From an uncultured archaeon (GTDB lineage Archaea; Thermoplasmatota; Thermoplasmata; Thermoplasmatales; Thermoplasmataceae), in the NCBI GenBank assembly GCA_000965745.1, contig CP009479.1:1120001-1184000 (forward strand): a stretch of DNA of 64,000 nt, in the 5' to 3' direction. Of this stretch, positions 27,929 to 38,222 are shown one piece after another; the first letter of the stretch is position 1, and each line of letters begins with the position of its first letter. Under the pieces are notes generated by a model. It did no database searches. It was not told the DNA's origin and was given only the letters and a program-made list of their open reading frames with translations. A program made the position numbers and the translations under genes.

Positions 27929-29173
27929 ATGAGGATATCCAAATCCCTGAAGATTCCGGCGTCGCTATGTATAAGGTGCAGAGGCACCAAGATGCTCTGC
28001 GGTCTTTCGTACTGCCCGATTACTGTAAAGAACCTCGTAGAACCGAAGCTAAAGCAGATCAAGGGCAACGAGCTTACGGGATCGTCTCCCCCTTCGGTTT
28101 TTGTTGGAAGGTTCGGCTATCCCAAGGTCAGGCTTTACCCGTCATCACCGCCCGTGATCGGTGATACGTCAGATTATGAAGACCCCGGGAGATGGATCAA
28201 TATTGCCATGGATGAGTTTCTAAGCAAGAGGCTCTCTCTTTTGCGTGGAGGGATGATAGCGGAAGTCCATGGGGCATCAGACCCGACAAGGACCCTGCAG
28301 GATGTCCAGCTGATGTCCATGTCCCGTGAACCCACAACGGTCAATATGCAGTTTTCAAAGAGCCTTTCAAGCGACAGGTCAGTGCTCGACGACCACGTGA
28401 CTCCAATGGGTCCATGGTCTCCGCTGAAGAAACTTGAAATTGAGCCCGGAAAACATGAACTTGTTGTAGAGAAGGTATGGGGCGATGCAGACTTCAAAGC
28501 CCAGAACGCCATGTTTGAACTCTACAAATCGGGAATCAAGGAGTACAGGATATCGAAGATACTGAGCGTGGGAGCCATCGGAGTCTCAAAGAAAAGAAAA
28601 ATGGTTCCCACAAGGTGGTCCATCACTGCAACAGACAAGTCACTCTCTGATCAGGTTGTCGCTGATATAAAGGGATATTCCACCGTTGATGAGCACCTTG
28701 TTTATGTAAGAAAAACCTCAGGAAACCTCTTCATGGCAATACTGAGCCCGAGAAGCTGGATGTTTGAATGGGGCGAGTCATGGTTCCCGGGAAGCACATG
28801 GAACCAGTGGGGAAGTGCAGCACAGGTTGAGATAGATCATGAGGGATATTACGGAAGGAAGGACTACCCCGGAATTGGCGGTTGCTATTACGCGAGCCGG
28901 CTGGCGGTTGCTGAAGCTCTCGCAACCATGAAAAGGCAGGCTACTGCAACCCTCTGGAGAGAAATATACCCTGGATTTAACCTTCCTGTTGGCGTCTGGT
29001 TTGTAAGGGAGAACATGAGGGCAATGTTTGCCACTAAGCCCTACAGGTTCAGCACTTTCCAGGACGCAGTCGATTTCCTGTCAAAATACACTAAGGTGCC
29101 GGTTAAGTACTGGCTTGCAAAATCCGGAAACTATCCGTTCCTTCGTACGGGAGGACTTGATGACTATCTGTAG
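27929..29173 (+). CDS. nreA: Nre-family archaeal DNA repair protein
   Basis: CIRC..K.LCG...CP, GSSPPSVFVG..GYPKV, VPTRWSITATD, GGCYYASRLA, PVGVW.VRE. Confidence 0.9.
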   Translation: MRISKSLKIPASLCIRCRGTKMLCGLSYCPITVKNLVEPKLKQIKGNELTGSSPPSVFVGRFGYPKVRLYPSSPPVIGDTSDYEDPGRWINIAMDEFLSKRLSLLRGGMIAEVHGASDPTRTLQDVQLMSMSREPTTVNMQFSKSLSSDRSVLDDHVTPMGPWSPLKKLEIEPGKHELVVEKVWGDADFKAQNAMFELYKSGIKEYRISKILSVGAIGVSKKRKMVPTRWSITATDKSLSDQVVADIKGYSTVDEHLVYVRKTSGNLFMAILSPRSWMFEWGESWFPGSTWNQWGSAAQVEIDHEGYYGRKDYPGIGGCYYASRLAVAEALATMKRQATATLWREIYPGFNLPVGVWFVRENMRAMFATKPYRFSTFQDAVDFLSKYTKVPVKYWLAKSGNYPFLRTGGLDDYL

Positions 29174-29181
29174 GTGGTAAG

Positions 29182-30036
29182 ATGAGAAATGTCACTGTAA
29201 AAGAGATAAGGACGTCTTCAGCCCTTACGAAATCAGGCCTGCCTGAACTTAAATATGCCCTCAACCCGTATCTCGGGTGCCTGCACGGCTGCGTGTACTG
29301 TTACGCAATGGATTTTACCAATGATAGGGAAGCAGCCGGCAACTGGGGTTCAGTAATAGCAGTAAAAATAAACATACTCGAGGCACTGAAAAAGGACATC
29401 AGCCGACTTTCCAGAGGTGTGGTGGGCGTGTCAACGGTCACGGATCCGTATCAGCCCGTTGAAGGGAAGTACAGGCTGACCAGGAACTCTATCGACATGC
29501 TTTCAAGGAATGGATTCAGGGTATCAATCCAGACTCGATCTCCCCTGGTCACAAGAGATCTGGACATAATGCAGAAGAATCCCGGCATGTTCGATCTTGG
29601 AATGACAATTGCCTCGCCTTCAGAATCGCTTACTGATATGATAGAACCCGGGGCACCATCACCTGCTTCAAGGATGGGTGCCCTGAGGAAGGCTTCAGAA
29701 ATGGGTATTGAGACATGGATTTTCCTGGGTCCCCTTATCAGGGGGTTCAATGACACAGATGAACAGGTAAGTGAAATAATAGAATTTGCAGCAGAAAACG
29801 GATCAAGGGTGATATACGACAAATTTTCCCCATACAGGGGTCCGGCAAAGCTCATGGAAAACATCCTCCCGGAAGGAAAGTATGACTACATCAGGCATGC
29901 TGACAGGAAATGGTGGGAATCGATGAGGTCCACTATCATGAAGAAATGTGAAAAGTCTGGAGCAAAATGCAATTCGCAGGCAGAGGACTGGAAATACGAG
30001 AAGGCAAAGCTCGTCAGGCCACTGACCGATTTCTGA
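29182..30036 (+). CDS. Radical SAM protein (SplB-like repair family)
   Basis: NPYLGCLHGCVYCYA, TDPYQPVE. Confidence 0.88.
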   Translation: MRNVTVKEIRTSSALTKSGLPELKYALNPYLGCLHGCVYCYAMDFTNDREAAGNWGSVIAVKINILEALKKDISRLSRGVVGVSTVTDPYQPVEGKYRLTRNSIDMLSRNGFRVSIQTRSPLVTRDLDIMQKNPGMFDLGMTIASPSESLTDMIEPGAPSPASRMGALRKASEMGIETWIFLGPLIRGFNDTDEQVSEIIEFAAENGSRVIYDKFSPYRGPAKLMENILPEGKYDYIRHADRKWWESMRSTIMKKCEKSGAKCNSQAEDWKYEKAKLVRPLTDF

Positions 30037-30101
30037 AACGAATTATGTAGAATGGATGGCAGGCTACACAAGAATTATATGTCCGCTAGTCTTGTTTTAC
30101 T

Positions 30102-31184
30102 ATGGTTGTACAGGACATTTTCAGAAATTTGCAGGAAACGGACACCATTCTGATCATGAACGGTGGAGAAAACGCGATTGACAAGACATTCTTCTATCTC
30201 ACCGGTGCTGAAAGCGGATTATTCGAGGGATCCGCCGTAATCGCAAATGAAGACAGGATAGAACTGATAGCATACAACCTTGAGGAGCAGTCTGCAAGGG
30301 AAACTGGAAAGGAGGTCACAGTTGTTGACACAAAGAGGCAGATGGAAGAAAAAGTTGCGGAAAAGCTGAAAGGAAAAAACAAGATAGGGGTGAACCTGGA
30401 ATCGCTGACCGCAAATATGTTCTCCAGCATCAAGAAGCTACTCCCCGGAAGTGAATTTATTGATGTATCAAAAATAATCGCAGATGCAAGGACGACTAAG
30501 TCTCCTGACGAGATAAAAAAACTTCGGGAGGCCGCCAGGATTGGAAGCGAGATTTACACGGATGTTCTCGACAACCTCAAGGAAGGAATGAAAGAGACGG
30601 ATGTCGCAGCTGACCTCGTTCATGGGATGATGAGGGGAGGAGCTACGGGGCCTTCTTTCATGCCAATTGTAGGCTTCGGCTCAAACAGCTCGATACCGCA
30701 CTACTTCCCTGGAGAAAGGAAACTGAAAAAGGGGGATTTTGTCCTTACCGATTATGGTGCCCTTTACAAGCGGTATTGCTCAGACATCACAAGGACAGCA
30801 GTTTTCGGAAGAGCCACCGATCAGCAGAAGGAGATGTATGAGATTGTCCGCAGGGCACAGATGGAAAGCATGCACATGATAAAGGCGGGTGCCAATGGCA
30901 GGCTTGTAGACAGGAAGGCCCTGGAAGTTATTGATGCAACAAAATACAAGGGACGCTTCATGCACGGCCTGGGCCATGGGCTCGGATTAGAAGTTCATGA
31001 CCATTCAGCACTGGGCAGGACGGAGGATTTGGAGCTTAAGGAGAATATGGCAATCACCGTTGAGCCCGGAATCTACATACCTGATTACGGCGGAGTCCGC
31101 ATAGAGGATGATGTGCTCGTGAAAAAGGACGGTTTTGAACAGATCACGGGCAACTCCTCAAAGGAGTTGCTGGAGGTATCCTGA
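30102..31184 (+). CDS. pepQ: Xaa-Pro dipeptidase (M24)
   Basis: PH, D.G...YCSDITRT, HGLGHGLGLEVHD, EPGIY, GVRIEDD. Confidence 0.9.
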   Translation: MVVQDIFRNLQETDTILIMNGGENAIDKTFFYLTGAESGLFEGSAVIANEDRIELIAYNLEEQSARETGKEVTVVDTKRQMEEKVAEKLKGKNKIGVNLESLTANMFSSIKKLLPGSEFIDVSKIIADARTTKSPDEIKKLREAARIGSEIYTDVLDNLKEGMKETDVAADLVHGMMRGGATGPSFMPIVGFGSNSSIPHYFPGERKLKKGDFVLTDYGALYKRYCSDITRTAVFGRATDQQKEMYEIVRRAQMESMHMIKAGANGRLVDRKALEVIDATKYKGRFMHGLGHGLGLEVHDHSALGRTEDLELKENMAITVEPGIYIPDYGGVRIEDDVLVKKDGFEQITGNSSKELLEVS

Positions 31185-31191
31185 ACTATTT

Positions 31192-32472
31192 ATGGAAGAT
31201 GCCGGGGGCGTTTATGATGTGGCCGTAATAGGGGCCGGCATCACCGGCCTGACATCGGCCTATTATATCAAGAAGAACGACCAAAGCCTGAGGGTCATCG
31301 TGATCGACCGTGCACGGTCATTCGCCCAGGGCAACACAGGAAGGGCAACAGCAGGCTTCAGGGACCTGTTCTCATCGGGCATAAACTTCAACCTTTCCAA
31401 TTCATCTATCTCTTTTTACAGGAGCATCCAGGACGGCTCAAATTATGACATGGGTATGAAATTCGTCGGATACATGTTCCTTCTCAATGAAGACGATTCG
31501 AGGCTGGATGTCCTCGATGAAGTGAGAAGGAAAACAAAAGTCCGGGTTCTCGGGAGGGACGAATTGGAAGGCATAAGAGGGCTATCGTTGGAAATGCCGG
31601 GCGAGGAAAGCTCTCTGCTCGGCATAAAGCCGGCAGTTTCTGCCTATATTGGGGAAAATTGCGGCATCTTCGAGCCCGATCTCGTGGCAGGGTTCTACTT
31701 CGATGAGCTCAGGAAAATGGGAGTTGAGTTTCTCTTCAATACCGACGTCAAGAAATTGATCCTCACCCCACGCGAGCCTCTTGATTACCCCGGGGAACCT
31801 TTTCTCTGGCAGGATAAGAAGATAGGGGGGCTGGATATCAGCAGGGGCGAGATAAGGGCCGATTTCTACGTCATAGCAACGGATGTATGGACAGACTTCC
31901 TGCTTGGGCCGGTTGGCATCGACAGCCATATGCGCCCAAGAAAGAGGCAGGTTTTTCAGATCGGCGGACCACATGTGGAAGCTATGCTGACCGAATTCAG
32001 CATCAACAACACAGGAATATTCCCATTCACTGTTCTCCCGTATTACGGAGTTCATTTCAGGCCCGCCCCTAAAGAGAAGCAGATGAGGGTGAGCGCTCCG
32101 GATTACATAGGACGCAATTTTTCACTTGAGGAATACCCTGAGGCCGAAAAAAGCTACTATGAGTACAGCATAAAGCCTGTGCTGCAGTCATACTTCCCGT
32201 CACTTGGTGATGCCAGGATCAAGGGGATGTGGGCGGGATACTATTCTTACAACACTCTGGATGCACATCCATTCATCTTCAGGGATATGAACATCATTGT
32301 TGCCACGGGGACAAGCGGCAGCGGCCTCATGAAGGGTGATGCAATAGGGAGGATCGTCGCTTCAACGTACTCAGGAAAAGAGCGGACTGAGTTATTCAAC
32401 GGACATGAAATTGAAAACAGCAATCTTGGTGTCGTGAAAAGAGAAGTTCCAAGGGAAAGGTTCGTCCTGTGA
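31192..32472 (+). CDS. FAD-dependent oxidoreductase (DAO / dye-linked amino-acid dehydrogenase family)
   Basis: IGAGITG, GNTGRA.AG, WAGYY, G.SGSG.MK; likely start 31192. Confidence 0.85.
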   Translation: MEDAGGVYDVAVIGAGITGLTSAYYIKKNDQSLRVIVIDRARSFAQGNTGRATAGFRDLFSSGINFNLSNSSISFYRSIQDGSNYDMGMKFVGYMFLLNEDDSRLDVLDEVRRKTKVRVLGRDELEGIRGLSLEMPGEESSLLGIKPAVSAYIGENCGIFEPDLVAGFYFDELRKMGVEFLFNTDVKKLILTPREPLDYPGEPFLWQDKKIGGLDISRGEIRADFYVIATDVWTDFLLGPVGIDSHMRPRKRQVFQIGGPHVEAMLTEFSINNTGIFPFTVLPYYGVHFRPAPKEKQMRVSAPDYIGRNFSLEEYPEAEKSYYEYSIKPVLQSYFPSLGDARIKGMWAGYYSYNTLDAHPFIFRDMNIIVATGTSGSGLMKGDAIGRIVASTYSGKERTELFNGHEIENSNLGVVKREVPRERFVL

Positions 32473-32549
32473 TCCGTGCTCACAATTTTCCCGCTCTCCA
32501 TCTATTTCGGAATAATCTAATTACCAGATATCAATAATGGAACATCAAA

Positions 32550-32975
32550 ATGCATGAAGAGTTCAGCAGTGGAATGATCGTTTACAAAGGAGACGGCAAT
32601 AACCCAATGTTTCTTTTCCTTACACGCAAGGAGGGATTCCTGGATTTCCCCAAGGGGCATATCGAGGAAGGCGAGACTGAAGTTCAATCTGCAATAAGGG
32701 AGACTAGGGAGGAAACGGGACTGAAGATCACCCCCGATACCGAGTTCAGGTACAACCAGGTTTACTGGTACCAGAGGGGCGGTGAGAGAATAAGGAAAAG
32801 CGTCATAATGTTTTTAGGTGAGGCTGCAGAAAACTCCCGGGTGCAGGTCTCCTTTGAGCATGAAGGCCACAAATGGCTCACGTTTGAGCAGGCGATGGAC
32901 CAGCTTTCATACAAGAACCAGAAGGAGATGCTCACTTCGGCCATGAACTACATTATGGTGCACAAGGCAAAGTGA
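32550..32975 (+). CDS. Nudix hydrolase (Ap4A-hydrolase-like)
   Basis: Nudix box PKGHIEEGETEVQSAIRETREETG. Confidence 0.9.
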   Translation: MHEEFSSGMIVYKGDGNNPMFLFLTRKEGFLDFPKGHIEEGETEVQSAIRETREETGLKITPDTEFRYNQVYWYQRGGERIRKSVIMFLGEAAENSRVQVSFEHEGHKWLTFEQAMDQLSYKNQKEMLTSAMNYIMVHKAK

Positions 32976-33059
32976 TCCGGACAGGGAAGAGAAGGATCCA
33001 ACCGCAGCAGGGTTAAGTTCTCTAAAAAATTATAAATATATTCCAAATAATATAACACA

Positions 33060-33563
33060 GTGTCGAAGCTGACATCCGGTGGAAAGTCAGGCATCATCGC
33101 TGGAGTTCTGTACGGTGCCATTATGGGCGTAAACTATCACTTTATCCTCGTCTACCATAAATCAGTAATAATGCAGATAATCACAAATTCATTGACTCCA
33201 AATTCAACCTTCACTGCGGACCAGCTATACAATGCAACCCTGTACGGGATTATAATAGTTTTCATAATTCTCGGACTGATTGTGGGGGCCATACTTGGAC
33301 TTATATTCGGAGCTGTTTACGACCGCATCCCTGGTAAAAAAGCCACGATGAGGGGGCTGGTTTTCGGGCTGATCATCTGGGTGATTCTCGATGTTCTGCT
33401 AAACTTCAGGGATCTCGTATACGGCGTGCTGTACCTGATACAGTCCCTCGGAATAGGGCTTGTAGCCTCCCTTGTATACGGATACGTTATGGGCCTTATC
33501 TTTGAAAGGTACATGAAAAGGGAGGAACCCATAGAAGACCCCTTTGCCGACATTATGGGGTGA
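33060..33563 (+). CDS. Four-TM membrane protein
   Basis: Gly-rich hydrophobic helices. Confidence 0.75.
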   Translation: MSKLTSGGKSGIIAGVLYGAIMGVNYHFILVYHKSVIMQIITNSLTPNSTFTADQLYNATLYGIIIVFIILGLIVGAILGLIFGAVYDRIPGKKATMRGLVFGLIIWVILDVLLNFRDLVYGVLYLIQSLGIGLVASLVYGYVMGLIFERYMKREEPIEDPFADIMG

Positions 33564-33737
33564 AAAAGTACTGCCTTTCATCGGGGGAATGCACATCCGC
33601 CCAATGGTTTTGCTTCGTGCCCGGCGAGGAGCCTTGGCTGCAACCCAACAAAAACTACAGGGGTATGAGGAGGGAGCTGCAAAAGAAGGGAACATTGATA
33701 TCCCCGCGGGGCAATGTCATGAACGATGACGACCTTA

Positions 33738-33772
33738 AAACCCCACATGCTTTAGCCGTGGGTGCATGCCAG
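33738..33772 (+). mobile_element. Orphan IS200/IS605-type end hairpin (remnant)
   Basis: CCCACATGC-TTTA-GCCGTGGG followed by TGCATGCCAG resembles IS605 subterminal hairpin/right end; no tnpA/tnpB. Confidence 0.45.
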
Positions 33773-33870
33773 AGGAGAAATTATAGAAATTAGAAATTAA
33801 GGAAAAAAAGCACCTTAACCGTTTAAGCCCACGTTGAAGTAGTGGCACCTTCTGGAAATCATTTCCCCTA

Positions 33871-34344
33871 TCATGATCCAGGCTCTTTTATTCTTGGCAT
33901 TCCCCAATGGAAGTAGGTCCTTACACTGGATCTGAGCATCAGGTATACCGATGCTGCTGCAATTCCAGCTACAACGATTGCGTAGCTTATGATCACAGGC
34001 CACCAGCCGGCTATTCCAAGTGGGTACAGAAGTACTGCTTGGGTTGCAATCCAGACAATCTCCAGACCCGCAAGACCTAGTGATCCGTACAGGGCCCATT
34101 TTTTGTCGTAGTATAAGCCGAATGCAAGTATTACAGGTAATGCAGCGAATGCAACAACCAGCCATATGGCGAACGGCATGAAGTTAGACACGAATGGAAT
34201 GTATCCAATTGTTGGGTCTATCTGCATTGTAACTCCGGTAGGATCCATCATAAGATTAACTCCGCCGAACAATGCCAGACCTGCCAGTACGAGATCTAGT
34301 GCGATCAGGATCAGCACGCTTACAGGCATCCTCAATTTTTTCAC
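33871..34344 (-). CDS. Membrane protein
   Basis: ALFGG..LM.DPTG, four TM segments. Confidence 0.75.
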   Translation of the reverse strand: MKKLRMPVSVLILIALDLVLAGLALFGGVNLMMDPTGVTMQIDPTIGYIPFVSNFMPFAIWLVVAFAALPVILAFGLYYDKKWALYGSLGLAGLEIVWIATQAVLLYPLGIAGWWPVIISYAIVVAGIAAASVYLMLRSSVRTYFHWGMPRIKEPGS

Positions 34345-34387
34345 CTCCTTGCTTAAATATTGGATAAGGTGGTTAAATGTGTGTTGT

Positions 34388-34999
34388 CTAAAAGTTAAGG
34401 ATGTCGGTTAATCTCTTTCCTTCTGCAATCTGCTTCCTTATGGCGCTTTCCTTCTCTACAACAGCCTCGGCCTTGTTGATCGCCTCCCTGATCTCGCCCT
34501 TTGGTACACACACGACTCCAGATCCGTCACATGCAAGGAAGTCTCCGGGGTTTATCCCTACCCCGTTGATTGTGATAGTGACACCAACTTTTCCTTCCCT
34601 GTCAGGATCTCCGGCATTTGGAACAAAATTCTTTGCATATATGGGAAATCCAAGTGCTTTCAATTCTGGAAGGTCCCTCACTGCCCCGTCTATTACCATT
34701 GCCACCACACCCCTTAGTTTGGCAGAATTTGCGAGCAGCTCACCCATTATGGCCTTGCTATTGCCATTCAGTGATGTTGCGACAACTATGTCTCCAGGCC
34801 CGGCGGCGTCAATGGCCTTGACCACCGCCCACCAGTCACCGTTGTTGGTCTCACATGTAACTGCTTTTCCATAAACGGTCGCCCCCGGAGGGCTCAGGAT
34901 CTGGAAAGCACCGAGTGAACCCCTTCTCCCCATAGCATCGCTCAGATTGCAGGTTGAAATAGCTTCAGGTATCCTGTCTGGCAGTACTGAATCGGTCAT
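34388..34999 (-). CDS. RraA-family / HMG aldolase-like protein
   Basis: STCNLSDA, GELLA, VIDGAVRD, PGD...D..GV. Confidence 0.88.
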   Translation of the reverse strand: MTDSVLPDRIPEAISTCNLSDAMGRRGSLGAFQILSPPGATVYGKAVTCETNNGDWWAVVKAIDAAGPGDIVVATSLNGNSKAIMGELLANSAKLRGVVAMVIDGAVRDLPELKALGFPIYAKNFVPNAGDPDREGKVGVTITINGVGINPGDFLACDGSGVVCVPKGEIREAINKAEAVVEKESAIRKQIAEGKRLTDILNF

Positions 35000-35130
35000 G
35001 ACTTTACCATGGGTATGTTTGATTTAAGGGTATCCAGACATATTCTGCACAAATTGTTCTATAAACTGCTATAGAAATTGTGTCACATTGTACCACAAGC
35101 GACTTATGCCCATAACCCGATAAAAGTCAA

Positions 35131-35370
35131 ATGATTAAAGCAGTGGCTATAGTTCTTGCGTTTGTAGTAGGCGGACTTGGCGTTGCGTCGGCAGCAACAG
35201 TGCACTCAGGCTCCGGAATAACGCACCTGATACCCACAGGAAGCGGGGATGGAAGTTCAGTTCAAGACCACAACGGTTCAGCAGACCTTAACGAACAGGG
35301 TGATCTGAATGAAACTTCAAATACTAGCGAAACACAGGAGTTTGAGGGTCAGGACAGTATTGCATTATAG
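35131..35370 (+). CDS. Small secreted protein with acidic tail
   Basis: Signal-peptide-like N-terminus; E/D/N/Q-rich C-terminus. Confidence 0.55.
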   Translation: MIKAVAIVLAFVVGGLGVASAATVHSGSGITHLIPTGSGDGSSVQDHNGSADLNEQGDLNETSNTSETQEFEGQDSIAL

Positions 35371-35428
35371 GGTTTCCTGACTGTCAGCGGAGTGCGACAG
35401 TAGGGAAGCTTTCAGGATGAACTGCCAA

Positions 35429-36331
35429 TTACCTCTTGCTGTCAACAATGGAGATGTAGATATCCTCAAGTGTATCGTATTCCCCAAACGATTCAACTGA
35501 AAGCCCCATCTCCATCAGTTCCATCAGAACCTCGTTGTTTGGAATTTTTTCATTTTTCTTCAGGATTAATCTTGTACCGTCTGACCTGAACTCAGAGGAG
35601 AACTTTTTCAGGAACGTTGTATCCTCTGGAAGTTTATCCAGCTTTATGGCCATCCACTGCTCATTGTCAGGGGTTTCAGAGTCATAAGCAACCTTTCCGC
35701 CGTTCACGATGACCACCCGGTCACATACCTCGTTTATCTCATATATTAGATGGCTGCTCAGAAGGATGATCGACTCTTTCTCCCCGTTTATCTTCTTGAG
35801 CAGTTGCCTCATCTCTTTCATTCCCTTTGGGTCAAGGCCGAATGTAGGCTCGTCAAGAATGAGGACCCTGGGATTGCATAGAAGTGCAGAAGAGAGTGCA
35901 ACTCTCTGGTTCATGCCTCTTGAATATGACCCGGTCTTCTTGTCCAGGTAACCGGAAACCCCGGTCAGTTTCGCTACCCTTTCGATCTCATCCTGGCACT
36001 CCTTTCTTTTCATTCCCTTTATCCTGCATACAAAATACAGTGATTCAAGGCCGGTGAGGTAGGGGTAGAACTTGGGGTACTCAACCAGCGATCCGACTTC
36101 CTTGAGGGCTTTCTTGGGGTTGCTGGAAACATGGACTCCACCTATCTCTATTCTTCCTGATGTAGGCTTGAGTATGTTGGTGATGGCCTTCATCATCGTG
36201 CTCTTTCCTGCTCCATTGGGCCCAAGCAGCCCAACGCAGGATGCATCATTCACATCGATGCTTACATTGTCTATTGCGGTGACGTTCCCGAACTTCTTTG
36301 TAAGGTGGGAGACTTTTATGTCGTGATTCAT
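35429..36331 (-). CDS. ABC-2 type transporter ATP-binding protein
   Basis: GPNGAGKS, YSRGM, LILDEP, SSH. Confidence 0.93.
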   Translation of the reverse strand: MNHDIKVSHLTKKFGNVTAIDNVSIDVNDASCVGLLGPNGAGKSTMMKAITNILKPTSGRIEIGGVHVSSNPKKALKEVGSLVEYPKFYPYLTGLESLYFVCRIKGMKRKECQDEIERVAKLTGVSGYLDKKTGSYSRGMNQRVALSSALLCNPRVLILDEPTFGLDPKGMKEMRQLLKKINGEKESIILLSSHLIYEINEVCDRVVIVNGGKVAYDSETPDNEQWMAIKLDKLPEDTTFLKKFSSEFRSDGTRLILKKNEKIPNNEVLMELMEMGLSVESFGEYDTLEDIYISIVDSKR

Positions 36332-37161
36332 GAAGCTGCCTCCATTCTCTCAAACATTACAACGGCAACTGCAAGGGAAATTGCAGTGTAGAGTGACATC
36401 ACCAGCACAGAAACCATTATTTCAGGAAATGTGGCCGGTGAAAGCGATCCTCCGCCAAGGAGGGTGCTTGGGTTTATGTCTATGTAAACACGCCCCACCA
36501 TTCCGGAGGCACTGCTGAGCAGGAAGGAAGCATCCATGTTGTAAAGTATCTGAAACACCAGTGTCATCGAGTTGAAAATCAGGAAGTATATGACGAAAAC
36601 AGTGATGTACGCATAAAGGTTCTTGGTGAATATGCTGCTTATCATGAAAGTGAAGGCCATTATCGCCACAACAAACAGCACTGCCATGATATATGAATAG
36701 TAGAACTGGACAACCGGCCCTATGTTGAAGACATAGTCGATCACGAGGACCTGGACTGTCATGTAGAAAGTGATGAGAATTACTGTGACAGAAAGTGCTG
36801 CGAGGTATTTTCCTATCAGGAGGGTGTACCTGCTTATCGGAAGCGGGAATATATGGAATGCGGTGTTGGACTCCACTTCGCTTGAAATTGATGGTGACCC
36901 GAAGAAGACCGAGGCGAATACAGGGAAGTTTGAGAGTCCAAAGGCCCAGAGGTAGTTGAAGACCCTTGCCTTCAGGGTCAGGGACAGTGAGGAATAGACA
37001 CCTCCTCCGATAAAGGCCGGGATGGCATTGTGGTACCTGAAGGTCAGGTAAGTCATCATGAAGCTGATTATCACTACCAGTATGAGCATCAGATAGAAGC
37101 TCCTCGAACGGTAGTAGTTCTTGAAATATTGCTTATATACAATTGCAAGCAAATTTAACAC
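36328..37161 (-). CDS. ABC-2 type permease
   Basis: ISSE..S.T....PISR...GK, six TM. Confidence 0.88.
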   Translation of the reverse strand: MLNLLAIVYKQYFKNYYRSRSFYLMLILVVIISFMMTYLTFRYHNAIPAFIGGGVYSSLSLTLKARVFNYLWAFGLSNFPVFASVFFGSPSISSEVESNTAFHIFPLPISRYTLLIGKYLAALSVTVILITFYMTVQVLVIDYVFNIGPVVQFYYSYIMAVLFVVAIMAFTFMISSIFTKNLYAYITVFVIYFLIFNSMTLVFQILYNMDASFLLSSASGMVGRVYIDINPSTLLGGGSLSPATFPEIMVSVLVMSLYTAISLAVAVVMFERMEAAS

Positions 37162-37171
37162 CTTTTCCTGG

Positions 37172-38023
37172 TCAGATATTCAGCCCACCTATCATGGTGG
37201 AAATGCCATCGTTGCTGCTCAAAAACCGGAAGATGTCCTGGATGCCTTTTCCGGTTACAAGCTCAATAGAGTTTTCATGCAGATAAACATGCAAACCATA
37301 TTTTACAGCAATGGTAGAAAGGGAAAGCAGTGTGGTCGAATTCAGGTTGTTGAACCCTATGTAGATCTCTGTTGAATTGTAGGATACGTTCAGGCTTACA
37401 TGATTGACGTTTAAGGATGGTGGCGAGAAATAGAATAGGGAAATATTGCTCGAATAATCGAATATTACATTCCTTTGAGAATGGAGGGCACTGTGATTCA
37501 TGTAAGCATCTATTGAATCCTCTATGAGTGGAACACTTCCTATGACGGAAATAGTGTTCTGCGGGCTTGCGATATAAAACGTCAAGTCACTCATTGACGC
37601 ATAAAGATTGGTCGCATTGACGAAAAGTGAAATTGCCGGCTCCTCCTCAACGAAAGACCTCAGTAGTCCTGAGGCATTTATCCCGTCCAGCTTGAATATA
37701 CTAATTTCCCGGTACTCCTCATAATACTGTAGGGTGGTGTTGTCGGTGATATTGGAAGGAATCCCCTGGTAGTTAAACAACTGGGGAATCGCAAAAACAG
37801 AGATTGAGGTTATGATTCCGACAGTATTGTTTTCAACGTAGATATAGTATACCCCATAATCGCTGCTTACACGGCTCACGAACTGTGTATCGGCAGGCAG
37901 ATAATTTTCAGGGTTTTTCTCATATTGCGATCCCTGATAGTATTGCATGGTGAGATATATCGAAGGAACTGTAACCGAGATCGTGACGATCATAACAATG
38001 ACACGCTTTAGTAGCAGTTCCAT
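37172..38023 (-). CDS. Membrane-anchored extracellular protein in ABC operon
   Basis: N-terminal TM, sequon-rich. Confidence 0.7.
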   Translation of the reverse strand: MELLLKRVIVMIVTISVTVPSIYLTMQYYQGSQYEKNPENYLPADTQFVSRVSSDYGVYYIYVENNTVGIITSISVFAIPQLFNYQGIPSNITDNTTLQYYEEYREISIFKLDGINASGLLRSFVEEEPAISLFVNATNLYASMSDLTFYIASPQNTISVIGSVPLIEDSIDAYMNHSALHSQRNVIFDYSSNISLFYFSPPSLNVNHVSLNVSYNSTEIYIGFNNLNSTTLLSLSTIAVKYGLHVYLHENSIELVTGKGIQDIFRFLSSNDGISTMIGGLNI

Positions 38024-38222
38024 AATTATTTATCCGATAAGAGTACTTAAATAAGCATTCTTACTATTAATTTCTCTTATTTATTTAATACCTGAAAACA
38101 CCTGATCGACGGCATTTCCAAAGGCGGCAGAAAAGAGGGCAGGAGAGAAGAACGGGCAGTCGATCAATTCCGAATAATGAATTATAGTTAAGTATCAGCA
38201 TCCCCTAGGAATATGTCGTAAA

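Noticed and set aside
33399-33793. Small ORFs of 61-98 aa as real genes or a TnpB fragment
   Set aside because: No RuvC or Zn-finger motifs; overlapping frames
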